Source: Leucoraja ocellata (taxonomy: Eukaryota). From it: DNA of 64,000 nucleotides. Positions 26,259 through 39,773 of this stretch are shown one piece after another (the first letter of the stretch is position 1; each line of letters starts with the position of its first letter). The notes under the pieces were generated by a model, which saw only the letters and a program-made list of their open reading frames with translations, made no database searches and was not told the origin of the DNA. A program made the position numbers and the translations under genes. The DNA lies in contig JAWMAR010000160.1 of the NCBI GenBank assembly GCA_036785375.1, forward strand, positions 4,278,001 through 4,342,000. The letters are read 5' to 3'.

Positions 26259-27807
26259 GCATAGTGCTTCCTCCCAAATGCATCACCATGTTTCTTTGTG
26301 TTAAGTAATTAATTTCAAATCCCCCACATTTCACTTATGTGAAATCTATAATTCTTCACTGATGAATACATTTGCAAGTTGTTTCTGTTATCTTCAGAAA
26401 TGATGCCTTGTATGCACAGGTTCAAATGTAGAGGGGGACATCATTGTGAACTTTTCTTATCACGCACAGCTTCTGTGTGCTGCTGATTGCTTGTCAGTGT
26501 TTGACCTTGACATTCTTTCACACAAGCCTAACAAGAAATGTGTCGTTGAGTGAAAATTGGCTAAAGAGTAGAGAAAGGTTATGCTCACTCTGAGGTGTCC
26601 TACACCCATGGGGAAATTCAACTCCCGCCATGTTCAAGGGATTTTCTTTTCCAAAAGAACTTCCCCAATTAACATCAATAGCACTGCAGCATACAACGTT
26701 TGTCACAAGCATACTGTTTGTGCTAATCTAGTTTACTTGTCTTTTTTTTCTCCCTCTTGACAGTATTCTAGTTAGCACTCAAACTGCACTGTTTGTTGTC
26801 ACTGAGATCAGTTTGTGCTGTAATCTCAAACCTAGGTTCCATATGCCTGAACTGCTTTGCCCATGAATATCAAGGCTACCCCTGCTTCTTTGTTCAGCTA
26901 GGTTTAGAGATACAGCGCAGAAACAGGTCCTGAGGCGCATCAAGTCCACACCGACCAGCAATCCCTACACATTATCACTATCCTACACACACTAGGGACA
27001 ATTTACATTTATACCAACCCAAGTAACCTACAGACCTGTACGCCTTTGGTGTTAGGATTATTCAAGGTATCTAATGATGTTCCTTTTTCCTTTCCACATC
27101 TTGGCATTCACTGTTCACTGCTCCATTAAAGAGGTCACCCAAGACTTAAACTCAAGAAGAGACTTATTTTGTAAGCTGAAGGGACAGAGGGGCCAGGGAT
27201 GCCTGACTGTAGATCTTGAGTCTCTCTGGTTGCTGGCAGAAAGACTATTTCCTGCTGACACAGTTCTTCAACAGCTGAGCCTCCCGATCCCCTAGTGGCC
27301 CATTCTCTCTCTCCCCCCAACCACTCCCTTTTTGCTGGAGATTTTTGCTGATGTTATTATATTTTGATTCCTTAGAGCTGGTTGCTGAGATTGCACCTGC
27401 ATGGCTAAATGCTGTAATCTGCAAAAACTTGTAAAAGATCAATAGGGTACACTGCTCTGAAACTTACACAGTGCTGCATTACACAAGGAAGCCTGCAACC
27501 TTACTGCACTTTAAATCTCACAATTGAAAATCTCTAACTATGTGCAACTTTCACAAACAGCATAAGATGGCCCACAACACAGTTTTAGTGCCAATAAAGA
27601 TGCATTTTAAGCTTTTGTATACTTGCCTTTTTGATCCCATGGGCTTCATTCACTTATACCGTTCATACAACATATACATCAAATAATGTTTGAAGGCTTT
27701 GGTGTGTTTAACTGGTGAGTTGCTTAGCCAATGTATTAAGATTCCCCTAAACGACTTTTGAACTGCGCAGTGTTGATTGATCACAATTGTACCTACAGTG
27801 GAGAACA

Positions 27808-28143
27808 CCCACGGGCACCCTGGGGGATTTCCCACACCCTTGGGCACCGAGGGGGGTTGAATGTATTCTGGACGACGATAGTAACAACAAGGGTTTCGGC
27901 CTGAAACGTTGCTTATTTCCTTCGCTCCATCGATGCTGCCTCATCCGCTGAATTTCTCCAGCAATTTTGTCCACCTTCGATTCCCAGCATCTGCAGTTCC
28001 TTCTTAAAGACGGAGTGTACTATTGTTGTTTAGTAGTATATTTGTTTTGTCGTACTATGGTGGTGGGTTCTGTTTTGTTTTATTGTGTTGTAAATAATAT
28101 TTTAATACTTGAATAAATATTTTTGATTTAAAAACAAAACAAA
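27808..28143 (+). mobile_element. 5'-truncated Tx1 (L1-clade) retrotransposon with nested Penelope end (27887-28008)
   Basis: TGTLGDFPHPWAPRGVECILDDDS resembles a Tx1 ORF2 end. It has a GT-rich UTR, aataaa and an A-rich tail. The 13-bp TSD acagtggagaaca lies at 27795-27807 and 28144-28156. Confidence 0.75.
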
Positions 28144-28377
28144 ACAGTGGAGAACATTACAATTATCTGTCATTGGATTGATAGAAAACGAACCAAGAAG
28201 TCTATTCCAAATAGAAGACGTCTATTCCGAATAGTTTTTGCATGACTATGGATGGGAATTTACATTGGTAGTTGGTGATTGATTGATTGATACTTTATTA
28301 TCACATGTGACATGTCATAGTGATTTTTGTTTGTTTTGCATACCATACACAAAGTATGCAAAGAGTTGCCACGTATG

Positions 28378-28728
28378 CAGGAAAAATGTTCCCAATGTTG
28401 GGCGAGTCCAGAACCAGGGGCCACACAGTCTTAGAATAAAGGGGAGGCCATTTAAGACTGAGGTGAGAAAAAACGTTATCACCTTGAGAGTTGTGAATTT
28501 ATGTAATTCCCTGCCACAGAGGGCAGTGGAGGACAAATCACTGGGTAGATTTAAGAGAGAGTTAGATAGAGCTCTAGGGGCTAGTGGAGTCAAGGGATAT
28601 GGGGAGAAGGCAGGCACGGGTTATTGATACGGGACGATCAGCCATGATCACAATGAATGGCGGTGCTGGATCAAAGGGCTGAATGGCCTCCTCCTGCACC
28701 TATTTTCTATGTTCCTATGTTTGTATGT
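28378..28728 (+). mobile_element. CR1-type LINE 3' fragment
   Basis: HSLRIKGRPFKTEVRKN...RVVNLCNSLPQRAVE...FKRELD followed by the tail tctatgttcctatgt. Confidence 0.9.
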
Positions 28729-29153
28729 ATAGGGCAGCGACAAAATGTGAGCAGTCTTGTTGGTAAGCTTACCATTATTATCACATTTGAGGCCCATTAA
28801 GTTATTGGATATGGCTCTTGGACAGAGAGAATCAGACTTTGAACATTTGGGTAGGTAGGAGATTTGATTAGAAGAATGTGATCGGTCAAGATTTTGTGTA
28901 TGGGATGAAAAATTTTGTATGGTAACTATCTGATTGGGTTAGGGCTTGTGTTAAATTAGTCAGAAGACATTGTTATTCAACGCTTTAAGGTTGAGATAGC
29001 GTAGGTTAGTGATGGAGACAGTGGAATGGGTAGGAGATGATTAAGGCGAGGTCCAGTTGAGGACTGGGGATTGGTGTGCAATGAGGATGGCAAGGCAATG
29101 AGCCTCAGCAATCTCAGCATCGTGAGGGTTAAGAGGATGTAACTGACAGAAGA

Positions 29154-29441
29154 TAGATACAAAATGCTGGAGTAACAGCGGTACAGGCAGCATCTCTGGA
29201 GAGAAGGAAAGGGTGACGTTTCGGGTCAAGACCCTTCTTCAGTCTGAATGGGTGACGTTTTGGATCGAGACCCTTCTTCAGACTGAATGGGTGACGTTTT
29301 GGGTCAAGACCCTTCTTCAGACTGAATGGGTGACGTTTTGGATCGAGACCCTTCTTCAGACTGAATGGGTGACGTTTTGGGTCGAGACCCTTCTTCAGAC
29401 TGAATGGGTGACGTTTTGGGTCGAGACCCTTCTTCAGACTG
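29154..29441 (-). mobile_element. Penelope terminal fragment with tandem 6x39-bp hammerhead-core array
   Basis: Unit aatgggtgacgttttgggtcgagacccttcttcagactg at 29208-29441. The 13-bp TSD aactgacagaaga lies at 29141-29153 and 29442-29454. Confidence 0.9.
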
Positions 29442-30029
29442 AACTGACAGAAGACCTTCTGAATGAATACAGACCAAATAATATTTGCCCTTAACGTAAT
29501 AGAAAAGCAGGCATCACATTTCTCATTATGACAAGATAGGATATGAGCTGTCTGCATCGTTCACAGATTCAGATGTGCAAATGGAATTTGAGAGTGTGAT
29601 GTTAGTGTACATTATATACCATTTGACATATCTGCAAATACACAGGACCTCTGTGAATAAATGTCACCAACACAGGAGGACACAGAACAAATTTACCCAA
29701 CTCTGCAACAATTGCAGTAAGGAAGCAATTGGTTTTTAAAATGAATTCCTTCACCAACCACACCGAATTTTAAACGTTGAATTGTACACGTTTTACTTTC
29801 TCGGCTACAACACAAATACCATCAGACAGTCCCTTAATAATGAGCTTACAAAATTTCTCAGAGAACCTTAACCAGCAGTCGGCTTTTAGGTCCATGTATT
29901 AGGTGCTCGAAGTAACGTGATGTTAAATGTATTGAGACATGGACCGAGAAATGTGATGGTACAATAGATAAGCAATTACTTTTCTTTCAAAATTTGCTGC
30001 TGGAATGTGCATTGCGCTTATAAAAAAAA

Positions 30030-31370
30030 AGAGCTATCCTGAACTCTGGAACTGTGCTCGAGTTAAGCTGTTCCAATTAATTTGCAATGCTGGCAACTAC
30101 CTGACAATGTGGAAAATTGCCCAGTTACGTCGCGTCCTGTTGGAAGATGTTATCAGCAATCAAACAGATTCATGTAAATTTATGCTTGATGGTCAGCGGA
30201 GACTGGTTAGGCAAAAGGCTTGTTTCCACACAATTCCTTGGCATTTGCTCACCAATAATCTGCCCACTGATGCCTGATTTGCCTTTCACCATGATCATGT
30301 AGTCCAACCCTCATCACAACTTTGAGTCAAACATGGACCAAAAAATGGAATTCCAGAAGTGAAGTGAGAGTCACTGCCCTTTATCAAGCTTGCCTTTGAC
30401 AAAGTGTGACATAGATACAATCAATGAGCATCAAGGGGAAAACACTCCAATGACTGGAGTCGCACATCGCACAAAGAAAGCAGGTTGCAGATGTTGTCCA
30501 TCACTAACGCTGGCCTCTACAGGACAGCGTCCTCAGCCCAGCCATCATCAGCTGCTTCATTAATGACTGATCTTCCATCTTCCAGAGTTTTTTTTTTTAA
30601 ATTAATGATTGTACCATGTTTGATTCCGTTTGCATCCCATGACCATTTGCATATCCTAATGACGTCCAAGACTGTCCTATTATTCGGGCATGAGCTGATA
30701 AATGGCAGCTAAACTTTGCACAACAGAAATTCCATGCAATGACCATCTTCAGCAAGAGCAATCATCTTGACATTACCATCACCAACCACATCCTGGGGAT
30801 CACTGCTGATCAGAAACCCAACCTGTCCAGCCACAAAGCCCATGGCCACAGATACAGGTCAGCAGCAGGTTATCATGTCATGAGTGATTTGCCTCTGCAC
30901 ACCCAAAGCCTTTCCACCTTCTACAAGTATGATAGAATACTCTCCACTTGCCCGGAACAGTGCAGCTCCAACTACTATCAAGAAACTTGACCACTTCTAG
31001 AACAAAGCAGTCTGGCTGATTAGCACGCCAATCAAGCATAAGACTGCAATTCGCATCTGCAAACTGCACTGCACTTGTACAAAATGTGCTCACCCAGGCT
31101 ACTCTGACAGCACAACCTCTCCAACTAAGAAGTTCAAATGCAGCAGGTATTATGGATTGCCTCCACTTGCTCGTTTCCCCCATCCAAGTTCTACACTGAT
31201 CTGATCTGGACATATACATCATTGCCCTGGGTCCAAATCATAAAACTCGCCACCCAACTACACTGTGTGCGAACCTTCATTACAAGGACTGTAGTGGTTT
31301 AAGATGGCTGCGCACTTGTGGAAGTTAGGGACAGTCAGTAAATACTTTCCTTTCTAGTGATGCCATAACC
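30030..31370 (+). mobile_element. Ancient degraded CR1/L2-superclade LINE RT region
   Basis: Remnant motifs (WKIAQ, gcctttgacaaagtgtgacat = AFDKV*H, gaatactctcca) with many stops and frameshifts. Confidence 0.55.
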
Positions 31371-32509
31371 TCAAAAAAAATGTTTAATGACCCTCCTTAT
31401 AACAATGGGACGATATACTTCCTTGTGAAGCTACGAATGTTAAATGATGAAGATATTTTGTTGTTGGGGAATGCATAAGTCTTGGTTTAATCTCCAGAAT
31501 CACGTGTAAAAAAATCCATGTTTGATTTCTGTTCGGCATCACATGATTTGTCAGCCTGCTGTTAATAATGGTGAATAGTGCACTCCTTCTGAGGTGATAT
31601 CTGCACTGCATCAGCATAATGGTACCATTCAATGTATTTCAACATCAACTACGAACAACGTCCATCATTTAGCAGTTCTAAACAAGCCAAGATCAATTTA
31701 AGAAGCCAATTTTATGGGTGTGGTCATCCACTATTAAGAATGATAGTACATAGTTTCCCCATTCTTCAAGTTCTCTTGTAACACAGCTTATCACATACAT
31801 AAAATAACACATTAATTGCAGTCCTATGTAAAGAAAAAAATCTAGCATTTAAATGTCCATGATTACAGGTAGAATCTGCTGAATAAGGGATGCCAGTATT
31901 AAGGGGAGGGCAAGAGAATGGGGTTAGGAGGGAGAGATAGATCAGCCATGATTAAATAGCGGAGGGGACTTGATGGGCAGAATGGCCTCATTCTGATCCT
32001 GTCACTTGTAACCTTATGAATCATCACCCAGGAGATGTGGACATATGCTGTCCTTGAATGTATAGGTTGTAAAATGAGGGTGAGGAAACTTTTCTGGTTC
32101 TACCACATTCTCGTATAGTTGAGTTAATCTCAGATCTTGATAATGTTTCAACACATGATTATCATCTTGACAAACCTCCACTGCAACTGGTGCAGTGCTA
32201 TCAGCTTTTTCCCTTGTGCTTACAACATCTTGCACAAATGCAGAATCGTCTACTTTAAGTGGATGTGCTGATGCTGAGGATAAGATGTCAAGGGTTATGA
32301 ATCTCCTGAAGAAACTAACTTTGGAACCGACGGATGCAAGTAAAATGGATTCTTACCTTCTGCAACATAATATAAATTAGTAAAGATATACATTTTTCCT
32401 AAACATTCACTCATGAAGCAACTGAATAATTGAAAGAATCTGAAGTACCAAGCATTCTCACCTTGACACAACTTTCATGCAACAAGAGAATAAGGTCCCT
32501 CAGAAATCT

Positions 32510-33130
32510 GTGTAGAGGTGCAGGAAAAGGGTGCGGTCCTCCAAGAGTCTTTCTCTGGTTTTACCATGGAGAAAGACATGAAGACTGGAACAGTTAATGG
32601 AGATATCTTGAGGACAGTCTGTAATATGGTCAAGGAGGTGCTGAATGTACTAGGGTGTATGTGGGTAGAGAAATCTCCCAGGTCTGATCAGAAATATCCA
32701 AGGAGATTGTGGGAAGATAGTTACGAGATTATTTCCCTGGACCTGAGGACCTGAGTTTTGGGAGAGGTAGAGCAGGCTAGGACTTTATTCCTTGGAGCAC
32801 AGGACAATGAGGGATGATCATATAGAGGTGTATAAGATCATTAGTGGAATAGATGGAGTGAATGCGCAAATTATTTTACCCAGAGTAGGGGAACCAAAAA
32901 CAAAAGGAAATAGGTTTAAGATTTAATAGTAGCCTGCCTGACGGGCCACTTTTTTCCAGTTGGTGTGTGGTAGGTGTATGGGGTTAGTTGAGGCAGGTAT
33001 TTTAACAACATTTAAAAGAAACCTGGAAAGGTACATAGATAGGAAAAGTTTAGAGGGTACATAGATAGGAAAAGTTTAGAGGGTACATAGATAGGAAAGG
33101 TTTAGAGGGTACATAGATAGGAAAAGTTTA
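32510..33130 (+). mobile_element. CR1-type LINE fragments
   Basis: aaatctcccaggtctgatcagaaatatccaagg (KSP.SD.KYPR) and gatcatatagaggtgtataagatc (D.IEVYKI). Confidence 0.7.
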
Positions 33131-33131
33131 G
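33030..33131 (+). repeat. 26-bp tandem repeat, ~4 copies, derived from the CR1 3' end
   Basis: ggtacatagataggaaaagtttagag repeated. Confidence 0.9.
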
Positions 33132-34299
33132 GATCCACGTCAGTACCCTCAGAAATGAAACAGAAGCAAATCATTGTAATTTACACACAACTGCATGAGA
33201 AGAATGGGAGGACAATGTGATCGTTCGTTCGCTCGTGTGTCAGACGATGTAGCTCGCCGTTGGCTTCTGTCGTCTCCAACATGTTGACAGAATTGTTGCC
33301 CGTGCGTCGAAGACTGCCTCGCATCGTCGCTTCCAGGCATCGCCACGAGGAGGCTTCTGATCTTCATGTCATGATGTGATGAATGGAAACAACCTGGGAA
33401 AATCTCCATAGGTGATTACAAATAGGGAGGAGAGCTATGTGGACTGATGGAATTTGAGGGGGTGAGAAAGGAATCAAAGGAACAATGTCAAGAAGGTGGG
33501 TGGAGACGGGAAGGGTTGTGTGACTGATTTTACAGAGTAACCATACTTGCACTGAGAAGTAAGAGCAGCAGACGAAGGAAGAACTGCTGTGAGCAGAAGA
33601 GAATTATGTGGACGACATGTAGAGGGGGTAAGGCTGTCCACAAGAACAAGTTTGCAGCCGGGTTAAAACTGCAAGTAAACAAAGATGTTGTTGAGGAGAG
33701 ATTAAATCAAGCTCTACATGATGTTAAAGGAGTATAAAATAGCTTAATATAAAAGGGTTCTAAAAATATTCTTGTAGCAACGGGTAGTTATGAAAACAAT
33801 TGGATTTATTAAGGATTCTTAGGGTGGCATATCATCAGGTGACTTCTGCCTCATTTATTTTGTCCTTGGTGGCTGGAGATGTTATTTTAATTGGATATTC
33901 TTCGTGGTTGGTCTTGATGAAGGCAATTAAACCTTTCTGAGGTTGCTGCAAAAAGAACTAAGAGCCAGTGACTAAAATCAAAACCCCCTGCCAAACTCCA
34001 TCCATGTAAAGGAAACAACAGGCAATTTCATGAAAAAATACAATGGATCCCAATAGAGAAATATAATTTTCAGGCTGCAACGAGGCTAGATTAGATTAGT
34101 CAGGAAATTATTTTGTAAATAAATTCGTGAAGGATAGTTGATGAACGTCAGAAGTACAGAGGCACAATGGAAATCATGTAAAAATTCAAATGATAATGAA
34201 AATGTGCAAGGTTAACACATTCGGACCAAATTACAAGGGCTAAACTACTGATTTGAATGGATGTCTTAGATCATGGGAAATGTAATTTAGTTATTTTTT

Positions 34300-34990
34300 A
34301 GAGATACAGTGTGGAAACTGTGTGGAAACGTGTCTGTGCTAGCTGGCAATCACCCATACATTAGTACAATCCTACACTCTAGGGACAATTTACAGAAGCC
34401 TATTAACCCGCACATCTTTGGGATGTGGAAGGAAACTGGAGGACTCAGAGAAAATCAAATGGTCACGGGAAGAACGTACATTCTCCATACAGGTAGCACC
34501 CATGGTCAAGATTGAACCTTGGAGCTCAGAATCTTTAGACTGAAAACTGGTGTTCTAGCTGTGAATGAAATATCTTTGCTTGATTTCTGTCAGGCCTACT
34601 AAAATGTCTGATCGTATTCTCTTTTTTAACAAAATGGGTTATATAAGCCTTGACAAAATATCCATCAACTGGTACATACAAGAACGGCACAGCTTGTAAA
34701 GATGATGCCTCACTGCGCCAGAGACCCAGGTTCGCTCCTGACCTCGGGTACTGTCTGTGTAGAGTTTGCACGTTGTCCCTGCGATCGTGTGGATTTCCTC
34801 CATGTCCACAGTCTCCTCCCACATCCCAAAGATGTGAGGGTTTGTAGGTTAATTGGCCTCTGTAAAATTGCCCCAAATGTTTAACGATTGGATAAGAAAG
34901 TGGGATAACTTAGAACTAATGTTCACACGTGATTGATGGTTGGCGTAGACTCAGTGGGCCGAAACACCTATTTCCATGCTGTATCTCTAA
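34300..34990. mobile_element. Two divergently oriented V-SINEs (34300-34520 -, 34705-34990 +)
   Basis: Each has a V-domain and an LINE-like tail, in opposite orientations. Confidence 0.75.
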
Positions 34991-35962
34991 AACATTCACT
35001 ACCTGGTAGTTTTATTCATCTTAAGCACCAATTGAGGGTCTTGTCCAATCTAACCAGCTTCTAGATAGGTAACTTCAATTAAGATTCATTAATAAGAAAA
35101 AAGATCTTGCAGATGTTGGAAATCTGAAATAAAATAGCAAATGTTGGAGAAGGTCAGTGGGTCAGAAAGTGTCTTTAGAGAGAGAAAAATAATTAATATT
35201 TCAAGATGATTATTTTGCATCAGAACTGGAAAATTGAAAACAAGCAAATTTTAAGTTGCAGAGAGGAGAGAACAAAGTAAAAGTCTAGCATTTTGTGTCG
35301 ATTTTTGGAAACTAGCACTTGCACTTCCTCGTGTCTAAAATAAATGTCTGTGTGGTTGTCCAAATAGTGTTGGTGGCATCAAAGAGAGGGGAAATGAATG
35401 CTTATTATTAATCACAACTGACATCTCGGACGGAAGGAGTATAAATTGGGAGGGATGAAAAAAAGGGCAGTAGCAAAAAAAAAGAACATCTTGGAATAGT
35501 GCAATGCAGAACATAGCAGTTGCTGCAAATCTGAAATAAAAGTAACAGTGGAAATACTCTACAGATTTCTCCACTCAGGTAGTATATCTCCAGCATTTTT
35601 TTAAATTTGGGTTAAAACTACACTCATATATTTACGTATAGAAGCATAACCAAAAGTTACAAAAAGAATGTTACTGTTAGGGTGAGGGGCAGTGCAGATT
35701 GGATTGGACAACCTTGGCTGATGCAGGATATTGAGGCTCGAGTCTGGAAAAAAAAAGGAAGCCTATGCCAGGTATTGGCTGCTGGATCAAACAAATTATT
35801 CGTAGACTGAAAGGAATGAAGGAATATGATAAGGAAGGCAATCCGGAGGACGAAAAGAGGATATCACTTTGGCAGATAAGGTAAAGATGAATCCTAAAAC
35901 ATCCTATGTATATTAAGAACAAAATGATAACCAAGGAGAGCACAGATCCTCTTAAGCATTAG

Positions 35963-36060
35963 ATAGAAACAAAAAGTTACTCCAACTCAGCGGGACAGGC
36001 AGCATCTCTGGAGAGAAGGAATGGGTGACGTTTCAGGTCAAGAGCCTTCTTCAGACTTCC
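35963..36060 (-). mobile_element. Penelope terminal fragment inserted into a CR1 fragment (35740-36170)
   Basis: 12-bp TSD cttaagcattag at 35951-35962 and 36061-36072. Confidence 0.85.
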
Positions 36061-37538
36061 CTTAAGCATTAGTGTGGTCATCTATGTGTGGAACTAGAAG
36101 AGATGAGATGAATATTTCACATCTGTATTTATCATGACAAAGATTATAGAGCAGGTGAGTTCTGGTTGATGATTCTGATTGATGATCTTTTATCAGATTT
36201 CCAGAACCTGCACTCATCAGATAGGATGGGCGGAAGAATTGTATGAGGAAGATTGTCCTTCTGCCAGGGATGTAGTTGGGAAGATGATTAGGATGGCCAG
36301 GTTACAAATGAATTGGGGAAGGATTGCACGGGCAGGATTTGAATCAGGTGGTTAATTGAATGGTCTGAGCAAGGGCTGGGATTTAGGTTGAATGATGTAT
36401 TGGGGGGCTGGGTAGGTGATGGGTGCAGGCAGAATGAATTGGCACTTCTGTAGCCATAATAATAGAAAGCAAAGAATCATTCTACTTGGGGGATGATGGA
36501 TCCTTGCATTCTTCAGTAATGTTGCTATCATTAATTTTCATAAAACTATTGAAGGGAAATTCTCGTATTTAGAACCAGCAATGTTGAAGTAAATAAGGTA
36601 GGCATATATGCATGAAGACCAAGCAACACAAGCTTGTGAAAAAGGTGGGTGTAACATTTATGTTTACTCAGACTGCAGGAACAAACCATATCCAAGAGCA
36701 TAATCTCAATATCTCCACTTGACATCCATTAGCGATGCCACTGACAAATTCTACCCAGTCAAACTCTGCGAACCATCGTTAACCAGAAATTGAATTAGAT
36801 CAGTCACTGGAAACTCAGCCCATCATTTATATCGCAAATGACTGATTCTAACTATCCATCATAAGGCATATCAGAATTTTGATGAAATCATATCCACTTG
36901 GATATGGATGCATACAACTCCAATAATTCTCAGAGCTGAACTCCATTCAGGAGAAAGAAGCCCACTTGATTGACGATTCCCTCTACCTCCTTAAATGATT
37001 ATTCCCTTCACTGATGCAAAGTGTCAAGTGTACATCATGTGGACATGAAAGATAGAGGAGCCCCAAACTGAGCGAAATGCACACACTTCAATGGGACAAC
37101 TCTTCATTGTTTTCGAGTGATAGGACCTCCAGTTCAGATTAGTAATTTGTAATTAATAACCTTAAAACAACCTGAAGAAACAGTCAGAAATCTAGACAGG
37201 TTTCACTGAAGAACAGGATATTGCAGAGGCATCACCGTCTTTGAATTTCAGGGTTTGCCATTTTACTCCTGTAATGAACCACATTTTAGTTTAACCACTA
37301 AATCCTCACTAATTAGGTTTTAGTAATGTGCCCATTAACTCCTGTTCATTTTCCTGGTTGTCAAACTGAAACTATTGTTAAAGGTAAAATACCAGAGTTT
37401 AAAGTACTGAGCAGCATCTACTGTAAAAAAGCACATGTTTCCGGTTAATGACTTTTATCAGATTTCTAAAAGCTGCACTATTTTGCTTTTGCTTTAGTGT
37501 TTTTTCTTCATAATTATGTCAGTTGCTGAGCTGATGAA

Positions 37539-39773
37539 CCCGGTCATTAACCCAGCCTTGTACTGGATGCTTCAGGGTAGTGGGTAGTGGGCTAAACCAG
37601 CGGTGGTATCTGAAGCCCTGTTATGATAGAGCTCTAGGGGCTAGTGGAATCAAGGGATATGGGGAGAAGGCAGGCACGAGTTATTGATTGGGGACGATCA
37701 GCTATGATCACAATGAATGACGGTGCTGGCTCAAAGGGCCGAATGGCCTCCTCCTGCACCTATTTTCTATGTTACTATCTCCTCTGGATACACTAAGTAT
37801 CTCCCCTCAAGACCCATTCAAGTTCCTCCTCTGCACTCCAACTTCATCGGTGAAGTTGAGTGTGCCCAGGTTCTTCTTCTGCTTGTGTGTGGCTCTCCAG
37901 GGTTTGGGTTCAGATTCTTCCCCTCTGTCAGAAAATTCTCTCCGACCCTCCATGCTCCATTGTTGTGTTGTCTCTCTGTGACAGTCAGACTTTATTTGGC
38001 TCTGCCTTCCAATTTCCCCTGTCAGCTATGCTCCTTTGTAACTTATTTCTGCAACCACAACAAAGGCATCCGTTGGTTGGATCTTTAAAAGAGATCATTT
38101 GATAAGATCATAGCAGAGAAATTGTTTTCTAGCAGTCTTTTGTATATTATTAAGCTGTTGTTTAGATGAAAGAAATCAGAAACACTTTAAAAGCCAAAGG
38201 ATAAAAGGATAATAACAAGGCTGTAGCAAGACAGCATCAAAAATGCATCCAACATCCAGCCAGTGATAGTCTCTGAATTACCAATATGTTGCAATAGTTT
38301 TGCACAATAAGCAGGCTGTCAACCTATGAAAAGATAATCCCTCCTAATTTTAGGTCCCCCCCCCCCCTCCGAAAAGTATGGAGAACATGGATAGTTAATG
38401 TAAGAAAAAGACACAATGTGCTGGAGTAACTCAGCAGGTCAGGCAGCATCAGACTAATTAGTCTGAAGAAGGGTCCCACCCAAAACATCATCTATCCATG
38501 TTCTCCAGAGATCCATGTTCTGCCTGCCCCGCTGAGTTAATCCAGCACATTATGTCCTTTTGTGTACACCGGCATCTGTAGTTCCTTGTTTCTACTAGGT
38601 ATAAAGATATTTGCATTAACACCAAAATATCTTTCACTCTCTCTCTATCAATCCTTACACTATCAATCCTTTGTTTTTCACAGACTACAAAATCATTGAC
38701 GTTTCAAAGTTATAGAGAAGTGCAAAGTGATTGCATTATGAAATTTTACCTAACATCTAACACCTGAATCTATGACACATAATGTCATTCTGGCAATGTA
38801 TTTGCTATTGTTCTACATGATATTGTTTTCCAAAGAGTCTGACACTAAATGATGCACCAGAACAATGAGGGGTTGAGGAGTCTACTCTTGCCTCTATGTT
38901 CTTATCGTACCACCCAGCCGACACAATGCCTGACTGGGCCATTTATCTGACTCAGCGTTAGTAATGGTGAGATGTTGATGCTGGTGCACTAGATGTTGCT
39001 GAGATATTGACTGCAAATAAAATTGGCAGGATGGAAACCCCCAACTAAAACTACAGAGCCACCTACAGGATGTGTAAATTGCCCAGAGGGTTGGGCAGAA
39101 CAAAAAATGGAGAAAACCCACAAATATATTCAATTGTACCTAGACAGGTACATGGATAGGACAGGTTTGAAGACTTATGGACCAAGCGCAAGCAAATGGG
39201 ACTAGTGTAGCTGGGACATTGTTGCCCGGTGAGGGCGAGTTGGGCCGAAGGGCCTGTTTCTAAACTGTGTCACTCTATGTCTCTATGATGAGAAAAATCA
39301 GGAGATGCCAGAATGGTACATCAAAGAAGAACTTGAACCAGAGTACGTGAAATAAGAATAAGGAGGTTCAGGGGATCTAGAAAGGAGAGCTAGAGCAAAC
39401 CGTTCTTTGTCATTACAGAAATGCTGCAGCAATTATATAATTACCGTGAAACATGAACACTTTTAACATCAAAAACCCTGATAACATTACGGGGCGAATA
39501 AATTATCGAGGAAGGAAAGCAAGATTATTTTTATAAAACAACTGAATTTTTAAACCATACATCTCACTTTCCACAGTGCAGTTTGAGACTTCAATTGTCT
39601 ACAGTTAACAACCAGATGATAAATGAATCAAGAGTTTCAGGGGAAAATATAGGGCAATGCAGCAACTTGATCCAAAAGCCTCAGATACTGATTCATAACA
39701 GGGCTTCAGATACCACCGCTGGTTTAACCCACTACCCTGAAGCATCCAGTACAAGGCTGGGTTAATGACCGGG
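37539..39773. other. ~2.1-kb inversion bounded by ~80-bp inverted duplication
   Basis: 37539-37626 is the reverse complement of 39693-39773. The CR1 halves at 37625-37772 (+) and 39774-39903 (-) are contiguous in the intact copy at 28433-28720. Confidence 0.8.
38408..38597. mobile_element. Inverted Penelope terminal-repeat pair
   Basis: gacacaatgtgctggagtaactcagc...gtctgaagaagggtcccacccaaaacatc...gctgagttaatccagcacatt. A similar structure lies at 7474-7660. Confidence 0.75.

Noticed and set aside
29129-29557. 142-aa ORF with SLKKGLDPKRHPF repeats, or a CRISPR-like array
   Set aside because: It is the translation of a 39-bp tandem repeat. There are no unique spacers or cas genes, and the context is eukaryotic.
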